This document shows positions 9,829-17,718 of a stretch of 32,583 nt of DNA, piece by piece. This DNA comes from Syntrophomonadaceae bacterium (lineage in GTDB: Bacteria; Bacillota; Dethiobacteria; PWVN01). The position numbers were made by a program, and so were the translations under genes. Within the stretch, counting starts at the first letter, position 1, and each line of letters begins with the position of its first letter. The stretch covers positions 1-32,583 of the forward strand of contig PWVN01000185.1 of NCBI GenBank assembly GCA_003561835.1, read 5' to 3'. Below the pieces are notes generated by a model that saw only the letters and a list, made by a program, of their open reading frames with translations, did not search any database and was not told the origin of the DNA.

Positions 9829-10688
9829 AAGTGCAGGGCCTCACCCATGTGTATATGCGGGGGACCCCCTTTGAGGTCACGGCGCTGCAGGAAACCGACC
9901 TGCAGATCAAAAAGGGGAGCATTACGGGGATTATCGGCCAGACGGGTTCCGGAAAAACCACCCTGGTGCAGCATTTCAACGGGCTGCTGCCCCCTTCCCG
10001 GGGGCGGGTCCTCTACGAGGGCCGGGACATCTGGGAGGAAAAAACCCTCCTGCGGGAGGTCCGGCGCCAGGTGGGGCTCCTCTTTCAGTACCCCGAGGAG
10101 CAGCTTTTCGAAGACCGGGTCTACGACGATGTGGCCTTCGGGATCAAGGGGCTGAAGCTTCCCCCCCGGGTGGAGGAGGAACGGGTCAAAAGGGCCCTTA
10201 ACCGGGTGAACCTGGACTACCGGGCCGTTAAGGACCGTTCGCCCTTCAGCCTCAGCGGCGGCGAAAAGCGCCGGGTGGCCATGGCGGGGGTCCTGGTTAT
10301 GGACCCGAAGCTCCTGGTCCTGGACGAGCCCACGGCGGGCCTGGACCCCCGGGGGCGGCGGGAAATTCTGGAGGAGATCCGGGAGCTCCACCGGGAGGGC
10401 GGTTTGACGGTGGTCCTCGTTTCCCACAGCATGGAGGATATCGCCTGGCTGGCAAAGGACCTCCTGGTCCTTCAGGACGGCCGGATCATCCTGCGGGGAA
10501 CCCCCGGGGAGGTTTTTGCCCGGGAGGAACTGCTGAGGGAGGCGGGGTTGGCGGTGCCGGAGGTGAACCGGGTCTTGAAGGGCCTGAAGGAAGCGGGCTT
10601 TGACCTGGACACGGGCATCTACACGGTGGAGGGAGCCGAAGCGGAGATTTTGCGGGTTGTGGGGGGTAAGCGCCGTGAGCCTCATTAA
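9819..10688 (+). CDS. ecfA2: ECF transporter ATPase component EcfA2
   Basis: Walker A GQTGSGKTT, signature LSGGEKRRVAMAG and Walker B LVLDEPT. It overlaps the end of ecfA1 by 10 nt. Confidence 0.9.
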   Translation: MLLEVQGLTHVYMRGTPFEVTALQETDLQIKKGSITGIIGQTGSGKTTLVQHFNGLLPPSRGRVLYEGRDIWEEKTLLREVRRQVGLLFQYPEEQLFEDRVYDDVAFGIKGLKLPPRVEEERVKRALNRVNLDYRAVKDRSPFSLSGGEKRRVAMAGVLVMDPKLLVLDEPTAGLDPRGRREILEEIRELHREGGLTVVLVSHSMEDIAWLAKDLLVLQDGRIILRGTPGEVFAREELLREAGLAVPEVNRVLKGLKEAGFDLDTGIYTVEGAEAEILRVVGGKRREPH

Positions 10689-11478
10689 GAGCATTACCAT
10701 CGGCCAGTACCTGCCCGGGACTTCCCCCCTGCACCGGCTGGACCCCAGGCTGAAGATTATTTCCTTGATTTTGTATATTACCGCCATTTTTTTCGTCCGT
10801 ACCTTTGCCGGCTACGGGGCAGCCTTCCTTTTTACCTCCTTTCTGCTGCTCCTGGCCCGGCTGCCCCTGGGCTACGTGATCCGGGGGCTCAGGCCCGTCC
10901 TCTTCCTGGTGGCCTTTACCATCCTCCTCCACTTTTTCATGACCAAGGGGGGGGAGGTGCTGGTGCGAATCGGCCCCCTAACCGTCGAATCGGCGGGGGT
11001 GAGGCTGGGGCTCTTCATGAGTTTGAGGCTCCTGTTCCTGGTGGTGACCACCTCCCTTCTAACCCTCACCACCTCCCCCATCGCCCTGACGGACGGGATC
11101 GAGTACCTGTTGAAGCCCTTCAAGAGGGTGGGCCTGCCCGCCCATGAAATCGCCATGATGATGACCATCGCCCTGCGGTTCATTCCAACCCTCATGGAGG
11201 AGAGCCAGAAGATCATGAAGGCCCAGATGGCCCGGGGGGCGGATTTCGAGTCCGGCGGGTTCCTCCAGAGGGCCCGCAGCATGGCCCCTCTCCTGGTGCC
11301 CCTCTTCATCAGCGCCTTCCGCCGGGCCGACGACCTGGCGGTGGCCATGGAGGCCCGCTGCTACCGGGGCGGGGAGCACCGGACCCGGATGAAGGAGATG
11401 GTGGTTACGCCCTTGGACTACTGGGCCCTGGCGGCGGTGACGGCCTTTTTGCTCCTCATCGCCCTGTCGGGCATCTAG
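10675..11478 (+). CDS. ecfT: ECF transporter transmembrane component EcfT
   Basis: GTG at 10675 gives VSLIKSITIGQYLPGTSPLHRLDPRLKI.., the typical EcfT/CbiQ N-terminus, and the ..ARGADF.. motif region is present. It overlaps the end of ecfA2. Confidence 0.88.
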   Translation: MSLIKSITIGQYLPGTSPLHRLDPRLKIISLILYITAIFFVRTFAGYGAAFLFTSFLLLLARLPLGYVIRGLRPVLFLVAFTILLHFFMTKGGEVLVRIGPLTVESAGVRLGLFMSLRLLFLVVTTSLLTLTTSPIALTDGIEYLLKPFKRVGLPAHEIAMMMTIALRFIPTLMEESQKIMKAQMARGADFESGGFLQRARSMAPLLVPLFISAFRRADDLAVAMEARCYRGGEHRTRMKEMVVTPLDYWALAAVTAFLLLIALSGI

Positions 11479-11495
11479 GGGGAGGGGGACAGCTC

Positions 11496-12254
11496 ATGAA
11501 TTACAAGGTCACCCTGGCCTATGACGGCACCCGCTACAGCGGGTTCCAGAGGCAGGCCAATGCCAACACCATCCAGGAAGAGGTGGAGAAGGCCCTGGAG
11601 GTCATCTACGGCCGTCGAGTGCGGATCAGCGGCGCCGGCCGCACTGACAGCGGGGTTCACGCCCGGGGCCAGGTCATCTCCTTCGAAGCCGACGGGCGGG
11701 TCCCCCTGAAGTCCCTGCCCCACGCCTTAAAGGGCCTCCTGCCCCGGGACATCGTAGCCTGGAAGGCGGAACCGGCGGCGGAGGGGTTTCACGCCCGCTT
11801 CTCCCCCTCCCGGAAGGAGTACTGCTACACCGTGGACAGCGGCGCCTTTCCCGATGTCTTCACCCGACGCTACGCCTACCACTACCCGGGGCCCCTGGAC
11901 CTTAAGGCCATGCAGGCGGCGGCGGCGGAGCTGAAGGGCGAACATGACTTCTCCGCCTTCCAGGGGGCGACCAGCGATACCCGGGAAACCTGCCGCCGCC
12001 TGGAAGAGGCATCTGTCTTCTCCCGGGGGCACTACGTGAAGATGGTCTTCCGCTCCGGGGGGTTCCTCTACAAGATGGTCCGGATCATGGCAGGCACCCT
12101 GCTGCAGGTGGGAGGGGGGAACCTCAAACCCGGGGACCTCCGGGACATCCTGGCCTCGGGCTGCCGGGAGGGGGCGGGCCCCACGGCTCCTCCCCACGGG
12201 CTGTGCCTGGAGTTAGTCCTTTATGAAGGGGTTTTTGGGCCGGGGGCAGGGTAA
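11496..12254 (+). CDS. truA: tRNA pseudouridine(38-40) synthase TruA
   Basis: YDGTRYSGFQRQ.. and the catalytic motif GAGRTDSGVHARGQV. The order ecfAAT-truA-rplM-rpsI is canonical for Firmicutes. Confidence 0.93.
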   Translation: MNYKVTLAYDGTRYSGFQRQANANTIQEEVEKALEVIYGRRVRISGAGRTDSGVHARGQVISFEADGRVPLKSLPHALKGLLPRDIVAWKAEPAAEGFHARFSPSRKEYCYTVDSGAFPDVFTRRYAYHYPGPLDLKAMQAAAAELKGEHDFSAFQGATSDTRETCRRLEEASVFSRGHYVKMVFRSGGFLYKMVRIMAGTLLQVGGGNLKPGDLRDILASGCREGAGPTAPPHGLCLELVLYEGVFGPGAG

Positions 12255-12287
12255 AAAAGATAAAACCCGGTTAACCTGCGGTTTATC

Positions 12288-12316
12288 TTGACATGGCCGG
12301 GCAAATTTAATAAAAT
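12288..12316 (+). promoter_or_regulatory. Sigma-A type promoter for rplM-rpsI
   Basis: TTGACA (12288-12293), an exactly 17-nt spacer, then TAAAAT (12311-12316), about 85 nt upstream of the rplM ATG. Confidence 0.6.
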
Positions 12317-12322
12317 TACCAT

Positions 12323-12398
12323 GTAGTGTGCTCTTTTCGGTTGGATTGAGCCCCGGATCGAAGGGAGGGCACGGCAGATACAAACAGGAGGGAAAAGG
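12323..12398 (+). promoter_or_regulatory. Candidate ribosomal protein L13 leader (5' UTR structure)
   Basis: The ~76-nt 5' UTR has a stem GUGCUCU (12328-12334) / AGGGCAC (12366-12372) enclosing further pairing. An L13 leader motif is known upstream of rplM in Firmicutes. I cannot verify a match to the covariance model by eye. Confidence 0.35.
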
Positions 12399-12827
12399 AT
12401 GCGGACTTTTATGGCAAAAGCCACTGACGTGGAACGGAAGTGGTATGTGGTTGATGCCCAGAACAGAGCCCTGGGGCGGGTGGCCAGCGAGGTGGCCCGG
12501 CTCCTCAGGGGAAAACATAAACCGGTATTCACTCCCCATGTGGATTCGGGGGATTACGTCATCGTCCTCAACGCGGGAAAGGTCCTTTTGACAGGAAACA
12601 AGGCCTCGCAGAAGTTCTACTACCGTCACTCCGGGTACCCCGGAGGCCTGAAGGCCATCTCCTACGGGGACCTCTTGAAGAAGAACCCCCGCAAGGTCAT
12701 GGAACTGGCGGTAAAGGGCATGCTGCCCCAGACCAAGCTGGGTAGGGCCATGTTCAAAAAGTTGAAGGTATACCAGGGCAGCCAGCACCCCCATGCCGCC
12801 CAGATGCCTGAACAATGGGATAGTTAA
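12399..12827 (+). CDS. rplM: 50S ribosomal protein L13
   Basis: [49 protein letters not shown].. AGGAGGG lies upstream. Confidence 0.95.
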   Translation: MRTFMAKATDVERKWYVVDAQNRALGRVASEVARLLRGKHKPVFTPHVDSGDYVIVLNAGKVLLTGNKASQKFYYRHSGYPGGLKAISYGDLLKKNPRKVMELAVKGMLPQTKLGRAMFKKLKVYQGSQHPHAAQMPEQWDS

Positions 12828-12845
12828 GGGAAAGGAGGAATATCA

Positions 12846-13238
12846 GTGGCCCAAGTCAATTATATCGGCACAGGTCGTCGCAAGAATTCCATCGCCAGAG
12901 TGCGTCTGATTCCCGGGGGCGGCAGCACCATCGTCAACGGCAAGCCCCTGGATGAATATTTTGGTCTGGAGACCTTGAAGGTGATCGTCAGGCAGCCCCT
13001 GGTCCTGACGGAAACCCTGGATAAGTTCGATGTCATCGCCAGCGTTTCGGGCGGCGGTTTTTCCGGTCAGGCGGGAGCCATCCGCCACGGCATCGCCAGG
13101 GCCCTCCTCAAGGCCGACGTGGATTTTCGCCCCTCGCTGAAGAAGGCAGGGTTTTTGACCCGGGACCCCCGCATGAAGGAGAGGAAGAAGTACGGCCTCA
13201 AGAAAGCCCGGCGGGCACCCCAGTTTTCCAAAAGATAA
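12846..13238 (+). CDS. rpsI: 30S ribosomal protein S9
   Basis: GTG start. The product reads (M)[20 protein letters not shown]...[19 protein letters not shown]...[17 protein letters not shown]. Confidence 0.95.
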   Translation: MAQVNYIGTGRRKNSIARVRLIPGGGSTIVNGKPLDEYFGLETLKVIVRQPLVLTETLDKFDVIASVSGGGFSGQAGAIRHGIARALLKADVDFRPSLKKAGFLTRDPRMKERKKYGLKKARRAPQFSKR

Positions 13239-13240
13239 AG

Positions 13241-13262
13241 CAGCGGACGCTGCTTTTTTTTT
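13241..13262 (+). terminator. Rho-independent terminator after rpsI
   Basis: GCAGC-GGAC-GCTGC hairpin (13241-13254) flanked by AAA upstream and followed by eight T (13255-13262). Confidence 0.75.
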
Positions 13263-13333
13263 ACCCGGGAAATCGAGCAGCGCTGCCGGCAGGAATCCGG
13301 TCCGGCAGCCGCTGAAGGAGGAGAGATGGGCTC

Positions 13334-13489
13334 ATGGATATTTACCAGGTGGATGCCCACATCCTGTGGGAGAGGGGATGGCTGCCAGGGGGAGAAGAGG
13401 CTCGTTTTTTCACGAAGAGCGGCCCCCTTTCGGCCCGCCGCCTCCCCCTGGAAGGGGGCGGTGAAGGTTCGGCCCCCCTGGGCTCATGA
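13334..13489 (+). CDS. Hypothetical 51-aa small ORF whose stop overlaps the ppx start
   Basis: Hand translation: MDIYQVDAHILWERGWLPGGEEARFFTKSGPLSARRLPLEGGGEGSAPLGS*. A purine-rich SD-like run GAAGGAGGAGAG (13314-13325) lies upstream. The stop TGA (13487-13489) overlaps the ATG of the next gene (13486) as ATGA. It is below the track cutoff and I recognise no family. Confidence 0.25.
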   Translation: MDIYQVDAHILWERGWLPGGEEARFFTKSGPLSARRLPLEGGGEGSAPLGS

Positions 13490-14502
13490 GGGGCCCCGCT
13501 GCCGGGGCGGGGTCCCTGAGAGGACGGGAGAGAGCTCAAGGGAAGGCCGTTATCGATGTGGGTTCCAATTCCATCAAGCTGTTTGCCGCCGCAAAGACCC
13601 GGGAGGGGGGTGTCAAGACCCTGGCGGACCGGGTCCGGATCGGGGGCCTGGGCCGGGGACTTCGCCCGGGGGGCGCCCTGTCCCGGGAGGCCATGGAGGA
13701 AAACTGCCGCATCATTTGCTCCCTTGTCCGGGAGGCGGCGGAACTGGGCTGCCGGGACGTGGCGGCGGTGGGAACCATGGCCCTGCGGGAAGCCCGGAAC
13801 AGCCGGGAGTTTTTGGCCCTGGTAAAGGAAAGCTGCGGCCTCACCATCCGGGTCCTGATGGGCCTGGAGGAGGCCAGGTGGGCCTACCGGGGGGTCTGCG
13901 GGGGCTTCCCCCGGGCCGGCAACCGGGTGGTCTTCGATATCGGCGGGGGCAGCATTGAATTCATCGCCGGCCGGGGAGAGGAAGCAGGGGGTGGTGTTTT
14001 GTCCCTACCCCTGGGGATCCTGGCGGTAACGGAGGAGTTTCTTGCCTCGGACCCGGTTAGGCCCGGGGAGGAAAGGGCGGCGGGGGAAGCCGTCAGAGCC
14101 CGCCTGGTATCAGGGGGAGTGCCCCTTAAGGGAGAAGAGCTTATCGGTATAGGGGGTACAGTGACCAGCATGGCTGCCGTCAAGCAGGGGCTGGCCGTCT
14201 ACGACCCTCAAAGGGTCCACGGCTTAACCCTGAGCCTTGAAGAGGTGGAGGGCCAGGTGGCCCTCTTCAGGAGCAAAACCCTGGCCGAGCGGCGGCGGAT
14301 TGCGGGCCTTTCCCCGGACCGGGCCCCGGTGATCCTGGCCGGGGCCATCATCCTGCGGGAGGTCCTGCGGCTTCACCCGGCTCCCCTGCTCCTGGTGAGC
14401 GACCGGGGTTTGCGCCACGGGGTCATGGAGGAACTCCTCCGGGCCAGCGGGCCAGGGACCATTTTCCAGGAAACTGCCGGGGAGCTTCATCATAGGGATT
14501 AA
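13486..14502 (+). CDS. Ppx/GppA family phosphatase (exopolyphosphatase / pppGpp phosphohydrolase)
   Basis: ..AVIDVGSNSIKLFAA.. (ASKHA phosphate-1 motif), ..VFDIGGGSIEF.. and ..IGIGGTVTS.. The start is uncertain because there is no clear SD before 13486. Confidence 0.85.
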   Translation: MRGPAAGAGSLRGRERAQGKAVIDVGSNSIKLFAAAKTREGGVKTLADRVRIGGLGRGLRPGGALSREAMEENCRIICSLVREAAELGCRDVAAVGTMALREARNSREFLALVKESCGLTIRVLMGLEEARWAYRGVCGGFPRAGNRVVFDIGGGSIEFIAGRGEEAGGGVLSLPLGILAVTEEFLASDPVRPGEERAAGEAVRARLVSGGVPLKGEELIGIGGTVTSMAAVKQGLAVYDPQRVHGLTLSLEEVEGQVALFRSKTLAERRRIAGLSPDRAPVILAGAIILREVLRLHPAPLLLVSDRGLRHGVMEELLRASGPGTIFQETAGELHHRD

Positions 14503-14611
14503 TACCGGCCCCGGCTGAACCCCGAAGGAGGAAGCTTTCTCCAACCGAAGGCCCAAGCGGGAAGTTTGAGCCCGGGACGGGCAGATGCGGATAACCAGGG
14601 AGGTAGTTGGC

Positions 14612-15262
14612 ATGAAAAAATTCTTTCGCAGCCGGGCCAGGGACATCGAGGAAAAAATAGAAGAATACCTGTGCTGTATTTCCAAGGCGGGTCTCATCTT
14701 CAACGAGGGGATCCGGGACTATTTCCGGGATAAGCATGGGAGGTTGGAGGAGCGGCGCCAGGAGATTTCCCAGCTGGAGCGGGAAGCCGATGAGCTGCTG
14801 AAGAAGATCAAACACGACCTGTACGCCCACATGCTCATCCCCGAATCCCGGGGCGATGTTTTCGAGCTTCTGGACGACCTGGACGATATTGTGGATACCA
14901 CCAAGCAGGTTCTCCTGCAGCTTTCCATCGAGACCCCGGCAATCCCCCCCTTTCTCAGGGAGGATTTCCTGGATATGACCGGGGCCTCCATCAATGCCGT
15001 GGACGAACTGGTCAGGGGGGTGCGGGCCTTTTTCATGGAGACCCAAATGGTGGCGGATTACGTGAACAAGGTGTTTTTCTTTGAAAAGGAAGCCGACCGT
15101 CTGGAGGAGATCAGCAAGCGCCGGATCTTCTCCTCGGAGGAAACCCGCCTCTCCTGCAAGATGCATATCCGTCATTTTATCGAGAAGATCGCCCTTCTTT
15201 CCGACAAATCCGAGGAAATTGCCAAGAACCTCCTGATTTATGCCGCCAAACGTTCCATCTGA
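14612..15262 (+). CDS. DUF47 (TIGR00153, PhoU-like) phosphate-transport accessory protein
   Basis: MKKFFRSRARDIEEKIEEYL...EREADELLKKI... is a helical PhoU-like protein, and it sits directly upstream of a PiT transporter, which is the conserved pairing. The start is taken at ATG 14612, 27 nt inside the track ORF. Confidence 0.85.
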   Translation: MKKFFRSRARDIEEKIEEYLCCISKAGLIFNEGIRDYFRDKHGRLEERRQEISQLEREADELLKKIKHDLYAHMLIPESRGDVFELLDDLDDIVDTTKQVLLQLSIETPAIPPFLREDFLDMTGASINAVDELVRGVRAFFMETQMVADYVNKVFFFEKEADRLEEISKRRIFSSEETRLSCKMHIRHFIEKIALLSDKSEEIAKNLLIYAAKRSI

Positions 15263-15374
15263 GGGGTGGGCAAAGCCCGGTGAGAAAGGGAGAGAATCCC
15301 GCCGGAAAGGGTTTCAGATTCAGGGAGCCTGAGAATATTCCCGTGAACCCGGGTGCGGAAAGGGGGATGAGCCG

Positions 15375-16424
15375 ATGCCCGGCAGTTTCTTCTTCTTGAG
15401 CAGCGGCCTCTTCATGGGCTGGGGCCTGGGGGCCAACGATGCGGCCAATATCTTCGGCACCGCCGTGGCCACCCGGATGATCCGCTACAGGACGGCTACG
15501 GTTATCGCCGGCGTTTTCATCATCCTGGGGGCCGTCAGCGGCGGCGGGGGGGTCTCCCGGACCTACGGGCAGTTGGGGGCCGTCAACGCCCTGCCCGGGG
15601 CCTTTACCGTTGCCTTCGCCGCCGGCCTCACCGTGTTGTGGATGGTCCGGTTGGGACTGGCCGTATCCACCTCTCAGGCCATCGTGGGGGCCATCGTGGG
15701 CTGGAACCTTTTCTCCGGGACCCCCACGGATACGGGCACCCTCTACCGCATCATGAGCACCTGGGTCTTCGCCCCCTTCCTGGGGGGCCTGCTGGCCGTC
15801 GCCCTCTACCTGCCGGCCCGCCGCTTCCTCAACCGGACCCGGATCCACCTGCTCAGACTGGACAGCTACACCCGGGCGGCCCTCCTGGCGGCGGGCGCCT
15901 TTGGCGCCTACAGCCTGGGCATGAACAACATCGCCAACGTTATGGGGGTTTTCCTTCACGACTCCCCCTTTCGGGACCTGTACCTGGGGGCGGGCCTGAC
16001 CTTTACGGGAATCCAGCAGCTGTTCCTCCTGGGGGGGGCAGCCATGGCTTTGGGGGTCCTCACCTATTCCCGGAAGGTCATGATGACGGTGGGTTCAGGA
16101 ATCTACGCCCTTTCCCCCGTCACTGCCTTCATCGTGGTCCTGGCCTCCTCCCTGGTCCTCTTCGTCTTCGGCTCCCAGGGCCTCCAGTCCCTTCTTCTGT
16201 CCCTGGGGCTTCCCGCCCTCCCCCTGGTGCCCGTCTCCCAGTCCCAGGCGGTGGTGGGGGCCGTGACAGGCATAGGCCTGGCCCGGGGGGGCGGGAACAT
16301 CAACTTCCGGCTTCTGGGGAAAATCGGCCTGGGCTGGGTGGCCACCCCCGCCGCCGCCGCCCTTTTGGCCTACATCGGCCTCTTCTTCATGCAAAACGTC
16401 TTCCTGCAGCCCGTCTTTTTTTAA
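15375..16424 (+). CDS. Inorganic phosphate transporter, PiT (PHO4) family
   Basis: 349 aa and multi-TM. GANDAANIFGTAVATR at the N-terminus and a second ..GMNNIANVMG.. repeat are the PiT signature. Confidence 0.9.
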   Translation: MPGSFFFLSSGLFMGWGLGANDAANIFGTAVATRMIRYRTATVIAGVFIILGAVSGGGGVSRTYGQLGAVNALPGAFTVAFAAGLTVLWMVRLGLAVSTSQAIVGAIVGWNLFSGTPTDTGTLYRIMSTWVFAPFLGGLLAVALYLPARRFLNRTRIHLLRLDSYTRAALLAAGAFGAYSLGMNNIANVMGVFLHDSPFRDLYLGAGLTFTGIQQLFLLGGAAMALGVLTYSRKVMMTVGSGIYALSPVTAFIVVLASSLVLFVFGSQGLQSLLLSLGLPALPLVPVSQSQAVVGAVTGIGLARGGGNINFRLLGKIGLGWVATPAAAALLAYIGLFFMQNVFLQPVFF

Positions 16425-16519
16425 TCCCAAGCCGGGGATCCGGCTGCTCCTGCCGTCTTAGGGCGTCTTAGGTCAGGGGACTGAATATTTCCAAGATTCT
16501 AGCGCCGCCGCCGGTTCTG

Positions 16520-16528
16520 TGGTATAAT
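16520..16528 (+). promoter_or_regulatory. Extended -10 promoter element upstream of the carbonic anhydrase gene
   Basis: TGGTATAAT (TGn plus perfect TATAAT at 16523-16528), about 40 nt upstream of the ATG at 16570. The -35 is poor. Confidence 0.4.
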
Positions 16529-16569
16529 ACAGGTTAAGATTCTCACCACAACCGGGAAGGAGCATATGC

Positions 16570-17094
16570 ATGTCCGTATTCGATGAAATCATCCAAAGCA
16601 ACAGGGAATACCAGAAAAAGCATAAGAGCCTGGAGGCCTTTCCCCTCCTGCCCCGCAGGAAACTGGCCGTTTTAACCTGTGTGGATATGCGCCTGCAGGG
16701 GGTCCTGGAAGAAGCCCTGGGCCTCAAACTGGGGGATGCCGTCTTTATCCGGACGGCGGGCAACAACCTGAACTACGGGGAAATGCGCAGCGTCATCACC
16801 GCTGTCTTCAAATACGATATCAGGGCCCTGCTGGTGGTGGGCCATGAGGACTGCGGCATGGGTCGCTGCGAGGAGAACCAGCTGCAGGAGGTCATGCTGC
16901 AGCGGGGGATAAAAGAAGAAGCCCTGGCCGAATACGACAACCTGGAGATGTGGCTGGGCTGCTTCCGGGACGAGAGGGAAAATGTCAGGGAAACGGTAAA
17001 AAAGCTGTCCGACTATTCTCTGACCCCGGAGGACCTGGAGATTCAGGGGTTCTTTTTCAGCATCACCACGGGGGAACTTCAGCCCGTCACCTGA
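16570..17094 (+). CDS. Beta-class carbonic anhydrase-like protein
   Basis: CVDMR (Cys-x-Asp-x-Arg) and HEDCG (His-x-x-Cys) zinc-ligand motifs occur at the expected spacing. GGAAGGAG lies 7 nt upstream. Confidence 0.8.
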   Translation: MSVFDEIIQSNREYQKKHKSLEAFPLLPRRKLAVLTCVDMRLQGVLEEALGLKLGDAVFIRTAGNNLNYGEMRSVITAVFKYDIRALLVVGHEDCGMGRCEENQLQEVMLQRGIKEEALAEYDNLEMWLGCFRDERENVRETVKKLSDYSLTPEDLEIQGFFFSITTGELQPVT

Positions 17095-17105
17095 AGGAAT
17101 TCAAC

Positions 17106-17150
17106 GGGTCTTCCCCCCTCCTGGGGAGAAGACCCTACGGGTTTCTTTTG
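17106..17150 (+). terminator. Possible terminator after the carbonic anhydrase gene
   Basis: A 12-bp stem with one bulge, GGGTCTTCCCCC / GGGGAGAAGACCC (17106-17135), is followed by TTTCTTTT (17142-17149). The U-tract is separated from the stem by 6 nt and lies inside the 3' end of the convergent gene. Confidence 0.35.
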
Positions 17151-17584
17151 CCGCTGAAACATTGGGGGGTAATCTCCACCACCAGGGTCCGGGCGGCGGC
17201 TTGCGGGTCCAGTTCCAGGGACGGGGTCTTTTTGTATTTTGCGGCCAGTTCCGTAAGGAGGGCCAATTTTTCTGTCGGGTCCGTCACCACCCGGGCCGTT
17301 CCCTCCACCAGGACGCTGGTATAGCGGGTATTGTAGCTGCAGGGGCGTTTATGGGGGACGATGGCCGTCATCTCTGTTACTTGAAAACAGACCCGGGGGT
17401 CTTTTTTTATGTTGTCCAGTTTTCTTCCTGCGAGGCCGCAGTGAAAATAGATGCTGCCCCCCCGGTAGAGAAAGTGCAGGGGCACCAGGTAGGGGCCCTT
17501 GGGGCCCAGGGTGGCCAGGTGGCCCACCTCCGCCCGCCGGAGAAACTCCTCCATCCCGGGTTTGTCCATTTTCTGCTTTGCCAT
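17135..17584 (-). CDS. Pyridoxamine 5'-phosphate oxidase family (FMN-binding split-barrel) protein
   Basis: ..EEFLRRAEVGHLATLGPKGPYLVPLHFLYRGGSIYFHCGLAGRKLDNIKKDPRVCFQV.. is typical of the Pyridox_ox_2/NimA-like family. Confidence 0.8.
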   Translation of the reverse strand: MAKQKMDKPGMEEFLRRAEVGHLATLGPKGPYLVPLHFLYRGGSIYFHCGLAGRKLDNIKKDPRVCFQVTEMTAIVPHKRPCSYNTRYTSVLVEGTARVVTDPTEKLALLTELAAKYKKTPSLELDPQAAARTLVVEITPQCFSGKRNP

Positions 17585-17686
17585 AGCTCATCTTCCTTTC
17601 CCGCGATATACCCTATCTATTCTCAGGGCAGAGCTCTATTCCCTGCCGGGAAATTGGCGGAAAAGATTCTTCCGCCGAAGATATAG

Positions 17687-17695
17687 TGTTATAAT
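17687..17695 (+). promoter_or_regulatory. Extended -10 promoter element upstream of the MBL hydrolase gene
   Basis: TGTTATAAT (TGn plus TATAAT at 17690-17695), about 24 nt upstream of the ATG at 17719. A 7-bp hairpin or dyad GGCGGAA-N7-TTCCGCC (17656-17676) sits over the -35 region. Confidence 0.35.
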
Positions 17696-17718
17696 GGAAG
17701 AAAAACGGGAGCGCACAT

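Noticed and set aside
9825-10787. 320-aa ORF on the minus strand
   Set aside because: It is fully antisense to ecfA2/ecfT, which have unmistakable ABC motifs. The product is Pro/Gly/Arg/His-rich low complexity. Long stop-free antisense frames are expected at this GC content.
12257-12289. Hairpin after truA, considered as an intrinsic terminator
   Set aside because: The stem is imperfect (it has a bulge) and only TT follows it. It directly abuts the -35 of the rplM promoter, so its function is unclear.
13326-13958. 210-aa ORF starting 4 nt after a GGAGG
   Set aside because: Beyond about 13486 it runs out of frame through the well-supported Ppx/GppA gene with a Gly/Pro/Arg-rich product. The SD is better explained by the 51-codon ORF at 13334 or is fortuitous.
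14524-14539. Strong SD-like GGAGGAAG in the ppx-DUF47 spacer, considered as the start of a small ORF
   Set aside because: No ATG, GTG or TTG lies within 5-12 nt downstream. The sequence is part of a 16-bp palindrome, GGAGGAAGCTTTCTCC.
16425-16450. AGCCGG-GGAT-CCGGCT hairpin after the PiT gene, considered as a terminator
   Set aside because: It is a short 6-bp stem with no downstream U-tract on the plus strand. The T-run lies upstream of it.
15177-16471. Overlapping ORFs 15177..15959 (minus) and 15638..16471 (plus)
   Set aside because: They are antisense or alternative frames of the PiT transporter gene, and their products are low complexity.
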